Of a stretch of DNA of 64,000 nucleotides, positions 1 to 12,898 are shown piece by piece. This stretch comes from Epiperipatus broadwayi (taxonomy: Eukaryota; Animalia; Onychophora). Each line of letters begins with the position of its first letter. Positions within the stretch are counted from its first letter, which is position 1. Under the pieces are notes generated by a model. That model worked only from the letters and a program-made list of their open reading frames with translations. It had not been told where the DNA came from and ran no database searches. The position numbers and the translations under genes are program-made. The DNA is taken from positions 1,364,001-1,428,000 of the forward strand of contig JAQFVV010000010.1 in NCBI GenBank assembly GCA_028023455.1. The letters are read 5' to 3'.

Positions 1-2066
1 ATGAGAGTTAGTTTAAATTCTCCTCACTTTTCCATTTTTCTTTTTTTTAAATACTTTTTCCTAAGAGCATGGTAAAAAAAAGTTTCCAAACATTATGTAT
101 TACCACAATGGGTTGACTTGTAGGATTATTTCATTGTACCTTTTCTATCTAATATTTTTTCTATTTTTCCAACACATCTGGTCTGCCATTGTAGACACAT
201 CTGTTTTTTCTCATTATTAATTTGTGTTTTTGTAGTCACATTTCAACAGGGTGACTAATCTCACCAATATACTTCCTTCCACATTCATATAATATTTCAT
301 AAATGCAGTTTTTCAACAATTCTTGTTAGGCTTCATTGAAGCTAGAATTTTCTTGGCAGATTTTCATTATTTTGTCTGTTATTCCTGGTATGTATGAATA
401 AATTACAATACCATAGTTGTTTTCCTTTTTCATGTTTGTTTTTGTAGCCTATTAAAGGTTTTCTTGATAACAGTCAATGCAGAAACATTCTTCATGAGAG
501 TTTTCTATATGTAGATCTTTTTCTAAATCATTGGTTTCTAACAAACTTCCTTTGTTTTGATCTGTAGTCACAGTATAATTGTATGTTTTGTTTTTCTGGT
601 ATGATTGGATGTATATGCTAAGTATTTACCAGTGTGTATTGATTTTCTATAAACTGTTGTTTGATCTTGCCATGATAGAGTATTATCACAAGAATATCTA
701 AGAATGCTAATTTGGTTCTTGTCCTGATTCCATTGTGAATTTAATGGAAAATATGTTATTGATGTGTATCTACAACCATGCTTCAACAAGTTGCTACACA
801 ACAAATATATCATGAACATAGTGAAGCCAAACTTTACATAGAAATGGAATAGTATTTATGATAGTGGTTTCAATTTCTGCCATAATAAATGTTGCTAAGA
901 AAGGGTAACAGTGAGCCCATGGCCATTCATTAATTTTTTTGAAAGATTCTAAGCCTGTATTCCAAAGGACTAAGAATTTTGAAAAGAAATTTTGACAAGT
1001 TATGATATGATAAATTTCTAGATTCATTTTAGTTGTGAGCAATAAAAACGAATAGTAGATCTTAATGAAACATATTTTAGATGGTCCATAATGATGAGGA
1101 ATTTTACTAAAATATGTTAATTTCCTATTTTCCAAATATTAATACTTGTAATTCTTCCAGAATAATGCTAGTAACATTATTTCTGTATTTGGAATTAGAT
1201 ATTTTCCATTTTTTAAATTAGCCCACTGTGAGGAATTCTTGAATTTTATTACCATAATCAGTTGTATACATAACATCTGTAGAGTTATCTTTGTCAGGAG
1301 AAAGAATGATTATAAATGCATCTTGTCCTCTTAACATAACTCTCCAGAATAATTCTGCCACTTCTTCTAGGGTAATTTCTGAGTGATTTTCTCAGTGGCT
1401 GCTATTATATTTAATAATGGGAGAGTAGACAATGTAATTGCAAAGTTTAAACATTTTCCAAGAACACATACATCAGCATTTGTAGGATGTTTATAGCTAA
1501 GAATTTTAACTGATGAAGTTGATAGATTGTTTAATACAGTACGGCTTTTGATATGCCCATGTAGATTTACAAAAATTCTCTTTTGAGTTTCCTTTATTTT
1601 TCCATGTAATTTGAAATATGGTCTTCTCATTGCTTAACAAAATCTTGTGATGAGTTCATCATTAAGTTTATTCTTTAGAAAACATTTTACATTCCTAATT
1701 GAATGTAAGTTTTGATACTTTGAATGCCTTTGGGCATTTATTCTTGCTCTTAACAGGCTCTCATTTGCTCTCTGAATAATCTTTTCAGCTCTTGTGAAGT
1801 GAATTGGAAGTTTTAATTGTAAACCCTTAAGAATAATCCCTTCATATTTATCTTTACTCATGAAAGTTAAATGATTTTCTACTTTGTCCAGTTTTACATA
1901 TAATTTTTCATAATGTCTCAAGTTTAACATAGCATCAGGTCCATACCAACTGCTTAGTGTTATATTTTAGATTTGAATAAGTTGGACTATTTCTATCATC
2001 TATTATTAAATGTCACATGTCTAGAAAATTTTAAACTTTTCCAAATACAAACAACTAATTAGTAAA
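1..2066 (-). mobile_element. Penelope-like retroelement remnant (RT + GIY-YIG), frameshifted, runs off the left edge
   Basis: Minus-strand fragments in PLE order: N-terminal IILKGLQLK (1634-1930), VLGKCLNFA (1367-1630), RT pieces HYGPSKI and WLHYVHDIFVV (794-1135), VYRKSIHTGKYLAYTSNH (568-819), then endonuclease-end sequence. A partial pLTR at 1985-2066 is the reverse complement of the pLTR end at about 2350-2440. Confidence 0.85.
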
Positions 2067-2084
2067 AAAAACTGTTGGTAAAAA

Positions 2085-2450
2085 AGAAGAAAAGTAGAGG
2101 AATTATGAGGATTTGAAATGATTCTCATAGATAAGCATATGAAATTTCTACTGATCCTTATCTTTGACAGAATATCTCAATTGATTAGATTATTGCCTTA
2201 AAATTCAATATTCAAAAATCTAAAGGTGTAAGTTTGACACCTATGCTAGCATTGACTGGTCAGGCTACCAATATCCAAAGAAAACTGGATAATACTACTA
2301 CTTGAAACATTGTATAATCAATCTACTTACCTGAGTTGGCTTTGTATGTCATTACTAACAGTTGTTTAATTTTGAAAAAAATTAAATAAAGTTTACAATT
2401 TTCTAGACATTCAACATTTAATCATAGATGATGGAAATACTGCAACAAAT
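2085..2450 (+). repeat. 5' pseudo-LTR of Penelope copy
   Basis: Aligns by eye with 4605-4915 (shared ATGCTAGCATTG, CTAACAGTTGTTT, AATTTTCTAGACATTCAA, GATGGAAATA) and with the reverse complement of about 42090-42420. Confidence 0.7.
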
Positions 2451-4604
2451 TATCAAATCTAAAATACCATCATCACCAACCTTCAGAAAACACTAACTAC
2501 TCAGTATGAACCTGATGCTATGTTAAACTTTGAGATTATAAAAAATTATGTCTAAATTTGGCCAAAGTAACAAATCATTTAACTTTCCCATGCAAATTTA
2601 AAAGGATTATTCTTAAATGTTTGCAATTAAAACCTACATGAGATGTGAGAAGATTATTCCGAGTATATAAGAACCTATTAAGAAAAAGAACAAATGCTCA
2701 AAGATTTTCCAAGTATCAAACATTGCATTCCATTAGAAATGGGGAATGTTTTCAAAGAAATCAAGTTACTGATGAAGTTTTCACAATAGTTGTCCAGCTG
2801 TGAGAAGATCATATTCTAAATTACATGAAAAAATAAAGAAATGTTAAAATCTTGTAAATCTACACAGGTAAATCAAAAGCCATACTATAAAAATCCATCA
2901 ACTTCATCAGTTAAAAATCTTAGCTCTAAATTCCTACACATCTGAGTTATCTGTTCCTGAAAAATGTTTAAACTTTGCCATTTATTCTGTCTATTGACTC
3001 AATATTTGACATAATGGCAGCCACTGCAAAGCCACCCAAAAATTATGATGGAGTGTTAAGTGAACACATGAAAGACATCAAAAAGAGAAATCAAACATTT
3101 CATGTGATGAGAGGATGATATATACTTCTCCCTACTGACAAAGGTAACACTACAGTTTTGATGGACATAAATGATTATGATAACAAAATATAAGAACTCA
3201 TCTCAGCAGGCTAATACAAAAAAGTGACAAAAAAATCTAAATCCAATTACAGAGATAAAGTTACAAGCAGATATTTTAATGATTCAGAAAAAAAGGAAAT
3301 TAACACCATATTTCAGAAAAATCTCTCATCTTTATGGATTACCTAAAATTCATAAAGATAATGTTCCATTAAGACCTATTGTTAGATCTAGAAATTCATC
3401 ATGTCATAACATATCAAAATTTATTTTCAAAATTTTTAGTCTTTTAGCATATGGATTCAGAATTCTTTCATCAAAGTTAAGGAATGGCCATTCACTCAGT
3501 GGTTAACTGTTGCAGAGCAACACTTATTATGGCAGAATTTGAATCTAGAACCATAAATACTACTCCATTTCAACATAAAGTTTGGATTCACTATGTTAAT
3601 AATACATTTTCTGCATGGTCACATGGTCAAATACAGTTATAGACATTCTGAATGCACATCAATAACATCTCTTTCAATTAAATTCACAATGGAATCAGAA
3701 CAAGAATAAAAATTGAAAAGAAAGCATAATAATATATAACAAAAATTAATCTATTTGCATAGAATATGTTATTAAAAAGTTGTAATAATACACTTGTCTA
3801 ACAATAGGTCACAACACTAAAAAGAGTACAAGTGAAATAGAAGAAAGGATTGAAATGAAGATGTTAAATGCATTCTTAGATGTTCTTGTGACAAGATATC
3901 TTCATGTTAAAGCCAAAACAATAGTTTATAGAAAACCAACATTCTCTGGAAAATACTTAGCATATATATCCAATCACATCAGAATAACCAAATGTGGAAT
4001 TATCCTATCACCATGGAACAGAGCAAAGGAAGTTTGTTCAGAAACCAATGACTTGGAAAGAACAAACTCATGATGAATGATTATCTGTCAGCTGTCATCA
4101 CAAAATTTTAATAGACAACAAAAACAGACACCAAAAAAACAAACCAATTATTGGAAATATAGTGTAGCCATACATACCAGGAATAGCAGATAAATTAATG
4201 AAAATCTGCAATCATTATAACACTAGAACAGTTTTCATAAACCATACCACACTCTACAAAAACAAACTTGAATTGCCGAAAAACAAAACCTGCATGTATG
4301 AAATACCATGTAAATTTATAAGTAAGTATATTGGTAAGACAAGTCACCCTGCTGAAAAGCGATTGAAAAAACCCAAACTATTCTTTAGAAAAAAAAAACA
4401 GATGTATCTACAGTAGACAACCAGGTGTGTACTAACAAATATATGTTCAAATTACAAAATACAAATATATTGGATAAAGAGGAAATAAAACAGAGAAGAA
4501 AATACAAAGAAGCTACTTCTATGACAGTGGCAAATAATCTTATAAGTCAATCCAGAATCTCAAAGTCTCTAATTAATCCTGCTCTTAAGAAAAAGTATTA
4601 TAAG

Positions 4605-4915
4605 AAGAAAAAAGTGGAAGAATGAGGAGGATATGAACTGATTCTCATCAGTAATTACATGCAATTTTTACTGATTGTCAAGAACCTAAAGTTATAAGTT
4701 TAATTCCCATGCTAGCATTGTCACTAGTCAGGTCAGCAACATCTAAAAAAAAGAGTAGAGAAAAATACCACTCCAAATGTTGTGTAATTTACTAACCTGT
4801 GTTATGTATTTATGCATTGTTGCTAACAGTTGTTTGTATTTGGAAAAGTTTAAATAAATTTAAAATTTTCTAGACATTCAATATTTAATGATAAATGATG
4901 GAAATAATCCAATAT
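4605..4915 (+). repeat. 3' pseudo-LTR of Penelope copy
   Basis: Diverged direct repeat of 2085-2450, starting right after the endonuclease region. Confidence 0.7.
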
Positions 4916-5053
4916 ATCACATTTCACTTATATAACTCATTATTACCACAATAATTTTCAAATTCATGTGCAATTACAATAAATTACAACCATGATTGGA
5001 AAGTAGCACAGAGCTGAGTAAAGAATTAGCGAAGAAGCAAATTAATTACTCAC

Positions 5054-5101
5054 CGATTTCTTTTTTTTTTTTATGTTTGATAATTTTGTACTGGGTTTCA
5101 T
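5054..5101 (-). other. Possible short first exon of a host gene (MKPSTKLSNIKKKKKS followed by GTGAGT donor)
   Basis: Minus-strand ATG at 5101 and 16 open codons ending exactly at a consensus GTGAGT donor (5053-5048), in a locally CpG-richer, non-TE-looking stretch. No downstream exon identified. Confidence 0.22.
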
Positions 5102-6342
5102 TTCTTTTGTTTACTTGTGTAATATTTTATAGACTTTTTTTTTTTAATTTTCAATTAAATATCTATCCAGACAGTTATTATAAAAACAATGATAAATTTG
5201 ACAATTTTTTTTTACTAGGAATAAATAATGAAAGGTAGTCCGTCATTCAATAATTTTTAAGTTCTAAAAAATTAACCCATTATTATCCCAAATTCATTTA
5301 AAATTATCTCCCACTTCGCATTTCCTAATTAAACCACTATCACCTTTCGCTTTTACGATTTTATTTATGATAATTAACTTTTTAAACAAAGATAAAACTA
5401 GTTTGAAAAAGAGTAAAAAAAATGTTAGGAATGTAATAACTTCTTTGAGTATGGAAAAAATTGAAGAAAATCAACTTTTCTTGATCTTGACCTTTGACCA
5501 AAACGTTTTTGGAAATTCTAAACGATAACTTGGCAAATTGTCAATGCTAAATCACATTTTATTATAAAGATAAGGTGATTAGAATTAAAATATTTTTATT
5601 ATACTTCAAAAGTCTTTGGGCTTGCAATTTTTGTAATGATGTAGCAAAGATATGTATACTCAGTTAATCAGAATTATTTGTTATTATATACACTACTGTA
5701 AAATATAATTTTATCAGCTAAATATAAAACTTTTAACATTGAAAGAATATAATAAATTGAATCTTATTTATTATAAAGCTGATTATAAAATTATGTCCTG
5801 TAGAAGAATCTAAAATAACAGTATGGTGTTATATATCATGAATTTTTAATTTAGAGCATTTTCCCAAGATGATCATTATATAACTAGTCTGTTTTAATCA
5901 ATTCAACTGAACATCTAATATAATCAGTATATGAGTTTTTTAGCCTCAATCTAACCTTATTTAAATCCAACACGTGAATAATATATACAAATTAGGATTA
6001 TAAAAAAGATAGATATAGTAAAGCAAAATGAAATTCACACAAAAAACTAATGAAGAATAAAGATAATAAAAATGATATGAGCTAAAATAAATAAAAAATA
6101 GAAGAAATATTTTAAAAGATTTAATGAATGATTCTAAACTTGATTTATCATTGTCACAAAATGTGATCTGTTGAAACATACTACTTTGGAATCTAAGATT
6201 ATCTGGATATCACTTAACATAAATGAAAAAAAAATCCTATTGTTGGCAAAGTTAATTACAATTATTCAACTAGATTGACAAAATAGAGATTTCTATTTAT
6301 AGTTTTTTTTAAACATTTAGGCAGGAAAAGCAAGAGTAAAAT

Positions 6343-7028
6343 TGTTATGTTGTAGTAGATTAATATTAAGAAAAACTACGTTTGAAACTGTGTGTACTCC
6401 AGAAGATAAAAGTGTTAAATAATTACATGTGAAAGTAAACGAGTAGATTTAATAAAAATGAAAATTAGAAATTACAAATGGTTTTTCATATAGATATTTT
6501 ATTAAAAGCAAGGTGTAAAACAAGATGGAAGATCCGAATATATAATTAATTAAATGAAGGATTAAAAATGTAAAGAACAATTTAATTAATTAGTTCAGAA
6601 ATAAGCCCAGAATAATTTGGTGATTAAAATTGATAAGGAATAAATAATAGAACAAAAAGTAGATATAATCTAGCAGAGAAAGGACAGATTAGTGTGAGTC
6701 CTGATTTTCTGAGAGACTAAAGTGTAGCGCAAATTCAGATCAGGACCAACGGTGGGAGGAGAACCAGATATTCGGGTCTGAAGGTACCAAAGACCGACCT
6801 AGGGTAATTATACAGACTATACCTGTCTTATTATTATTTTTGTAAGCCTTATAGGCGCTCGTAGAACTAATGATAATTCTGTTTATAAATTATTGTTAAT
6901 TTTCATACTAATAAAAATCTTGTATCTGTTAAGTGGGATATCTTAATTTTATGCAAGAGCGTAATAGTTACTTGAATTAGGTGTATTTGGTTGTTTCTCG
7001 TAAGTAACATTAAATCAAGTACATCACA
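6343..7028 (+). mobile_element. Solo LTR, related to the LTR of the Gypsy element at 18480
   Basis: Starts TGTTATGT, ends ACATCACA (7/8 inverted match), flanked by AAAAT on both sides (6338-6342, 7029-7033). Internal GACCTAGGG...TTGTAAGCCT resembles 18915-18970. Length 686 bp. Confidence 0.65.
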
Positions 7029-7180
7029 AAAATAGAAAAAAAAAAAGTTTTTTATTAAAAAGACCCTCAACTATGATCTTAAGTATAACTTACATTCTTG
7101 CAACAGAAGTCATTTAACTTTTTTAATCATAAACTAGTTTAAGTAATGAATAACTTTTGTTAAATTGATTTTTTGGATTT

Positions 7181-10100
7181 TGATACCTTTGGATCAGCTA
7201 AACACAAGTAGCCATTAAGGAAAATACAGAAAGTTATATATAACATATGAGTAGCCAATAAGTGAATTACAGGAATATATACATAACTTAAATGAATTAA
7301 AACAATTCTGCAAGAATTATCGATTTGTTTACAACCTGAATGAAATTGTTAATAATACAATACAATAAAAATTTCACGTCATTAGATTATTTCAATGATA
7401 TATTCTTAATATATAAATGATCAATTTATGAGGTATAATTAATAATACATAGATATCTATTATTGCTTTCAGAATATTGTGGTATTCAGACTTATCAAAC
7501 AATAATAAGTTTGGCAGAATTCCATAAAAATCCTAATGGCAAACTTTCATTGACAGTCTTTAACTGTTTTCTTTCTTGGTATTTCAATCTTCCATCCTGC
7601 TACTTTAGTGATTAAATTCTAGCCCTTTCTGAAGTCATTAATTATGTTTTAATTAGAGTTATTCTTTTTTAATTAATAAATCCCATGGTCATTAACTTTA
7701 ACAATTAATATTGTAATTAGGATTAGCTAAATTCTGATGTGATTAGTTTTCTTTATCTTACAAAAAGAATCACTTGTTTGATTAATACTTATACAAATAA
7801 GTTAATTATTTTATTTTCCCCCCTTATTTCAGAAAATCACATGATGCAATTTTTTTTAGATACTTTTTGGTTGCTTCTGTAATTTTTAAGGTTTATACTA
7901 TTCCATTTTAGGTATGACATTCTCATGAGAGGTTGCTTTATTTTATCTTCACTATCCATGAGTCCTGTATTTATTTAGTCCACCTCTAATTCAGATGTTT
8001 TGTCACTGTTCTTTTCTTCAATAAACCCCTGATTTTATCCTTATTAGAGAGCAAATAATTATTCATTTCACACCCTCTTATGTTGCTAATGTTATGATGG
8101 AATTGCATTCTTGTTTGGGACTAATATAAGTGCAATAATGGTAATAATTTATTTATTACACCTGATATCCAATTTTTCCTTAATGAATCTGAACCAAATA
8201 TTTTCTCCCATTATGAATTCTTTGCATTTGTCTGCCATAATTTCTATAGCATTTTCCAGTGAATGTTATAATGACAGTTGGGTTTTCAGTTTCTGGCATA
8301 ATAATTTTCCATTGGTGAAATCCTCATTGATGCTATGGGAACAAAATGTTGGCATAGCATTGCTGTATGAAATGGGTTTATGGAGTTGCAAAGAATCTGT
8401 TTTGTTAAAAGCTTGTTTGAGCTGGTATACAGCCTTTTGTGCTAGTTTATTCAACACTGGATAGTAAGTAGAATATGGATGTGCTCATAATGTCTTTGAA
8501 CTGTTCCGAGTTAAAACTAAAACCATTACCCATACCAGGCCATGGAAGATAAAAAATCTCTTTAAGAATTGACATTGTTTCTTTGGAAATTATATTTATA
8601 ATAAGCCTGAATATTAGCCAATCATAATCAGAAATATGTCCTCTGAAAGACCCTACATGGTCCATATGAATTGTTGTCATGGCTTAGTTGCAATTGGCTC
8701 TGAAATATATGTTCAAGATTTCTTATTTGCATTTGATTGATATTTTACTCATGCCTTTGCTGCATTCAGAATGGGTGTCAATTGCTGGTTACCATGAATA
8801 TGAGTATTTACAGACTTAGCTTGCACAATTCCTGGATATCCTTCAAGAATTAACTCTAAGACTTGTAAATGACCTTGAAAATAGTGTAAGCATATGATAT
8901 CCTTCTAGTATGCATTTCTTATTTATTAATATTTGATATTGTACTTTCCAGAATGCTATTGGAATGTTGTTAGGTCATTTATTCAGCCAACTCTCATATG
9001 TATTATTAAGTAATAGTTTATGTCTATCATTAAATTGAGTCCATTTCTTTATTCAAAACATTTAATTCAAAGGGTCTATATAATTTATAAAAACCTGTCT
9101 TGTTACAATGCTTTCATGGGCATTTGGTATGAATTCTGCAAACTAAGAGCTCTATATTCAAGTATGTATATATATAATCTCATCTGGATAATATTTCAAT
9201 TCAATATGGCATGCATAGGCTTAAGTAGTCAAGTAATCATTTTGATCTTGATAATAATCCCAATAATGATTTGTGATTGGTTACAACTTTAAAATTACAA
9301 TCTTATAAATTCTGGTGAAACTTCTAATCCTACAGATGATCACTAAGACTTCTTATCTAATTGGTTATAATTTCACTCAGCACTTAAAGTTCGTAAGATG
9401 GCTTATTATTGCTACCACTCCATACCTTAATGTATCAATAGTTAGTGTTACTTGTGCATTGTTATTATAATTTATTAATAAATCTTCCAATGTAGCAAAT
9501 TATTTTTGTCTTAATGAATGCATTTTCATGAGTTCTGTCCAGTAGCTCATATAGCATTTCAATTACTTGGTATTTCCATTATGAAAGTATTCAAAATAGC
9601 CAATAAAGCCAAGAAATGATAGCAGTTCCTTTGCATTCTGAGGGTGTTTTGCATTTTTGATAGCTTGAATCTTCTGAGGTATTTTATTTTTTACTATTAC
9701 AGAATATTATGTGTCCTAAAAATTTAATTTTTGGAATATTCCAAATACATTTTTTTTGCATTTAATCTGGCTTCTAATTTTGCAGATTTCTCACAAACTT
9801 CAAAGACTTTGTCCTTAAGATCTCTTTCCAATTTGCGTTATCAAAATATTTCAAAGTAAGTTATCATAATATCTAACCTTCAGATAGTTGATCCATCTTT
9901 GAGTGAAAAATGTTTAATCAATTATATTTGAACAGACTGAAAGTGTTGTCAGGGTTAAAATCTCTGCTGACTTTCCTCTAACAGGTATTTAATAAAATAT
10001 TGAAATATAATTTTGCATAATCAGTATCCACTTCAATGCATACTTGGCACTCGATAATTACTTCTATTTAACACTGAATTGGCTTTTATATGTTACTATA

Positions 10101-11770
10101 GATATAGTCTATTCTGAATTTTCCATGGGTGTTTTTAATACTTTGTTTATTTTCCAGTGCACTGGCCAGTTTTGCTCACTACACATTTAGTATCTTTCAT
10201 GGTTAACAAAACATGGATTTCAAATTCTCTTTCAATTCTATTTCAACTATGTTTGTTTTGATTTCCTGTACTTCTCTTTTAAATAATGATGACATATTTC
10301 TTTTGCAATAATTATTTTTTTGTCTATTATTATTTTAATGCCAAACATAAATGTTTCTTCCAATTACATGGTTTATGTGGGCCCTAAGTAATAAATAACA
10401 TATATAATGGTAGTTGAGCAATTTACCATTTCCTTGTACTGGTATGTAACTTTTCCAACCATTTTAATTTGCTTTCCATATACATCTTTTCCTATGTGTC
10501 ATTTTTTTCTAGTTTGATCTTTTTACAATGAGTCTGTAATACTGATTTCCAATCTTTACATGACATTAATGATATTCCTGAATTACTGTCAATCTCCATG
10601 ACAATTGGTAGATCAAATATATTTTCTGCCAGCATTATTTAATTATTATTCATAATAGTCAAATTTTTAATTTTTACTTGCCTCTTAAACTATCTGGCTT
10701 CTTATATTGAGAATTTTTCCCTTTTAATGTTTATTTTTACAAATCTTCACCATGTGATTTCATTTTACACAATTTTCCACGTGCAGATTTTAGCTGTGTT
10801 TTGACTTCCAGTGGGAGTAGCATTTGATTGCTTCACTTTTGTTCATTTCTTTTGTTTTAACAGTGTTTATTTGACATGAGTTATCTATTGTTCCCATTTG
10901 AAATTGTTTTAAATAGTCAAACATTGCTTCATGGGTGATATTCATTATGATCACTGTTTTATGTATAAAGTCAGTGGTGATCATTAGCTATTTTTGGAAC
11001 CTTCCACCAGCCACGCCCTCAAAAAATTTCTAAATAAATGCCAAAGACCCAATCTTTTGCTAATTCCTGTAATGTTAAATTGAATTTGTGAACATTTTCA
11101 TCTTAGTTTTGACTGCAATTCTGAAAATGAAGGCATGCCATGTTAGTGGATTCAGGTTAAAATAATTATATAGTATTTTATTTTACTCTGACTGTTTCAA
11201 TTCTTTGGAATTTTTAGATTTACTTAAATGATTTGCTATTTGAATTACATCCTGGCTCATAAAGCGTACAATGAGGTTGCATGCAATTTTTTATTTCTTC
11301 TTTTGCAATTTTTTGTTTCTTGAAAAATATTTTTCTATATTACTTGTAAAGAGCGGCTTTTTGGATGTTCTGTGCATATCAAAATCTCCAATATTTACTT
11401 GTGATGTTATGATTAACTACACAATTCATATTTGTTACAGTGTCAAATAATTTTTCATTTTCCAATAGTTCATGGAACTGTGCCAATTGATATATTTGGA
11501 TCTTCTATATATGAGTAGCCATTAAGAGAACTACAGCAAAAAATACATAAATTAAAACAATCCTACAAAAATATTGATCACCAGCCATTTATTTATAACC
11601 TGAATGGAAATTGTTAATTAATATAAATAAGAATTTCAGTTATTGGATTATTTGAATGATATATATGCACTACATAAATAATCAATTTAAGAGGTGCGAT
11701 TATTATTTATATCCTTCTAATTCTATTATTATTTAGAAAATATTGCAGCCTTCAGGGTCATCAAACAAGA
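7181..11770 (-). mobile_element. Old degenerate Gypsy LTR retrotransposon
   Basis: Minus-strand integrase remnants (IHMDHVGSF, GNGFSFNSEQF, NKLAQKAVYQLK) at 8266-8680 and a gag-like CYSHWKSKH end at 10790-10984. Diverged direct repeats start at 7181 and 11488. PBS-like TGGCACAGTT at 11485-11476 abuts the right repeat; PPT-like TAAGGGGGGAAAA at about 7814-7826. Confidence 0.72.
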
Positions 11771-12898
11771 AATACCAGGTTCATTTTGGGACCGGGGCTG
11801 GATGTGAGTTGATTGCATCCAATTGAGCACCATGTCTATCAAAGTTTATGTAATTAAAAATTGTATTAAAAATATATGACTTGTTATTTCAAAAATTACA
11901 ATAAATGAAAAATAAATATATTCAAATATTTTTTCCACCCATGAGTGTGAATGCAATATTTTGTTCAGATATTTGAATATATTTATCACTTATTTATATT
12001 ACAATGCAGAGTTGACTAATTGCAATGCTGCTTCTGTTGCTGTACATAATATGCATAAATAAAGACATACAATGTGTTATCTTTAAAAAAATTACATTGA
12101 ACAAAGAAATTGTTACTATTTATTTCACTAAATTGTGAATTAAATTATTTACATATATAAAATTATTTCTCAGCAAGAGTAAGATAATTAATTTTAATAT
12201 AGAGTTTAACTATTTTTATGTTTGCAATTTGTTGAACAATTCAAGAAACTTATTACTAAACGTTGTTGTTATTATTGTTGGATATAATTGACCTATAATG
12301 CGGTGGAATTATACATTTAATAAATGAATTGAATTATTATTCTTTTACGTAAATAGTTACATTTTCATTTATTACTGTCAAACTCCCTCCACTCACAACT
12401 CCGACGCCATCCATTTCAGATAAGTACAATAATGACCATTACTAATCATTATCGAAACTAGAGATTATCTCTAGCACAGATATAAACTTTAAATCTCAAT
12501 TAAAGATTAATATATCTGATTTTTTATTTATTTTACACATACGGAGTTATTAACCTTTCTCTTTCCCGTGCGTCTTTTATTATATCTTTGTTTAAGTGAA
12601 TTTAAAAAGAATGGGGAAGTATGGAGGTATTTATTATGTCTATTTTACGTACAATAATAAAAAAAAATATTTGCTGTTCAGTTAATTGTTTTAAATATGT
12701 ATAATTCTAAGCTGCTAATTTATATTCTTCGCAGCAATTTTTCAAAACTATTTAATTAATAGAAAATTATGAATATATTTTTAATTACTTTAATGCAAAC
12801 TTAAAAAGTGTAAACCAATATAAAAATATTTATTTTCAATTATTATCCGTTTGCAAAGATATATTAACATTATAACTATTTTTTTCAAAATGAGAAAT

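Larger units (their letters stand above)
2067..4915 (+). mobile_element. Penelope-like retroelement remnant with two direct pseudo-LTRs
   Basis: Fragments VKNLSS (about 2910), LLPTDKGNTTVLMD (about 3125), HLYGLPKIHKDNVPLRPIV (3279-3506), IVYRKPTFSGKYLAYISNH (3855-4073) and GIY-YIG-like CMYEIPCKFISKYIGKTS (4198-4416). Diverged direct repeats at about 2085-2450 and 4605-4915. Confidence 0.85.
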
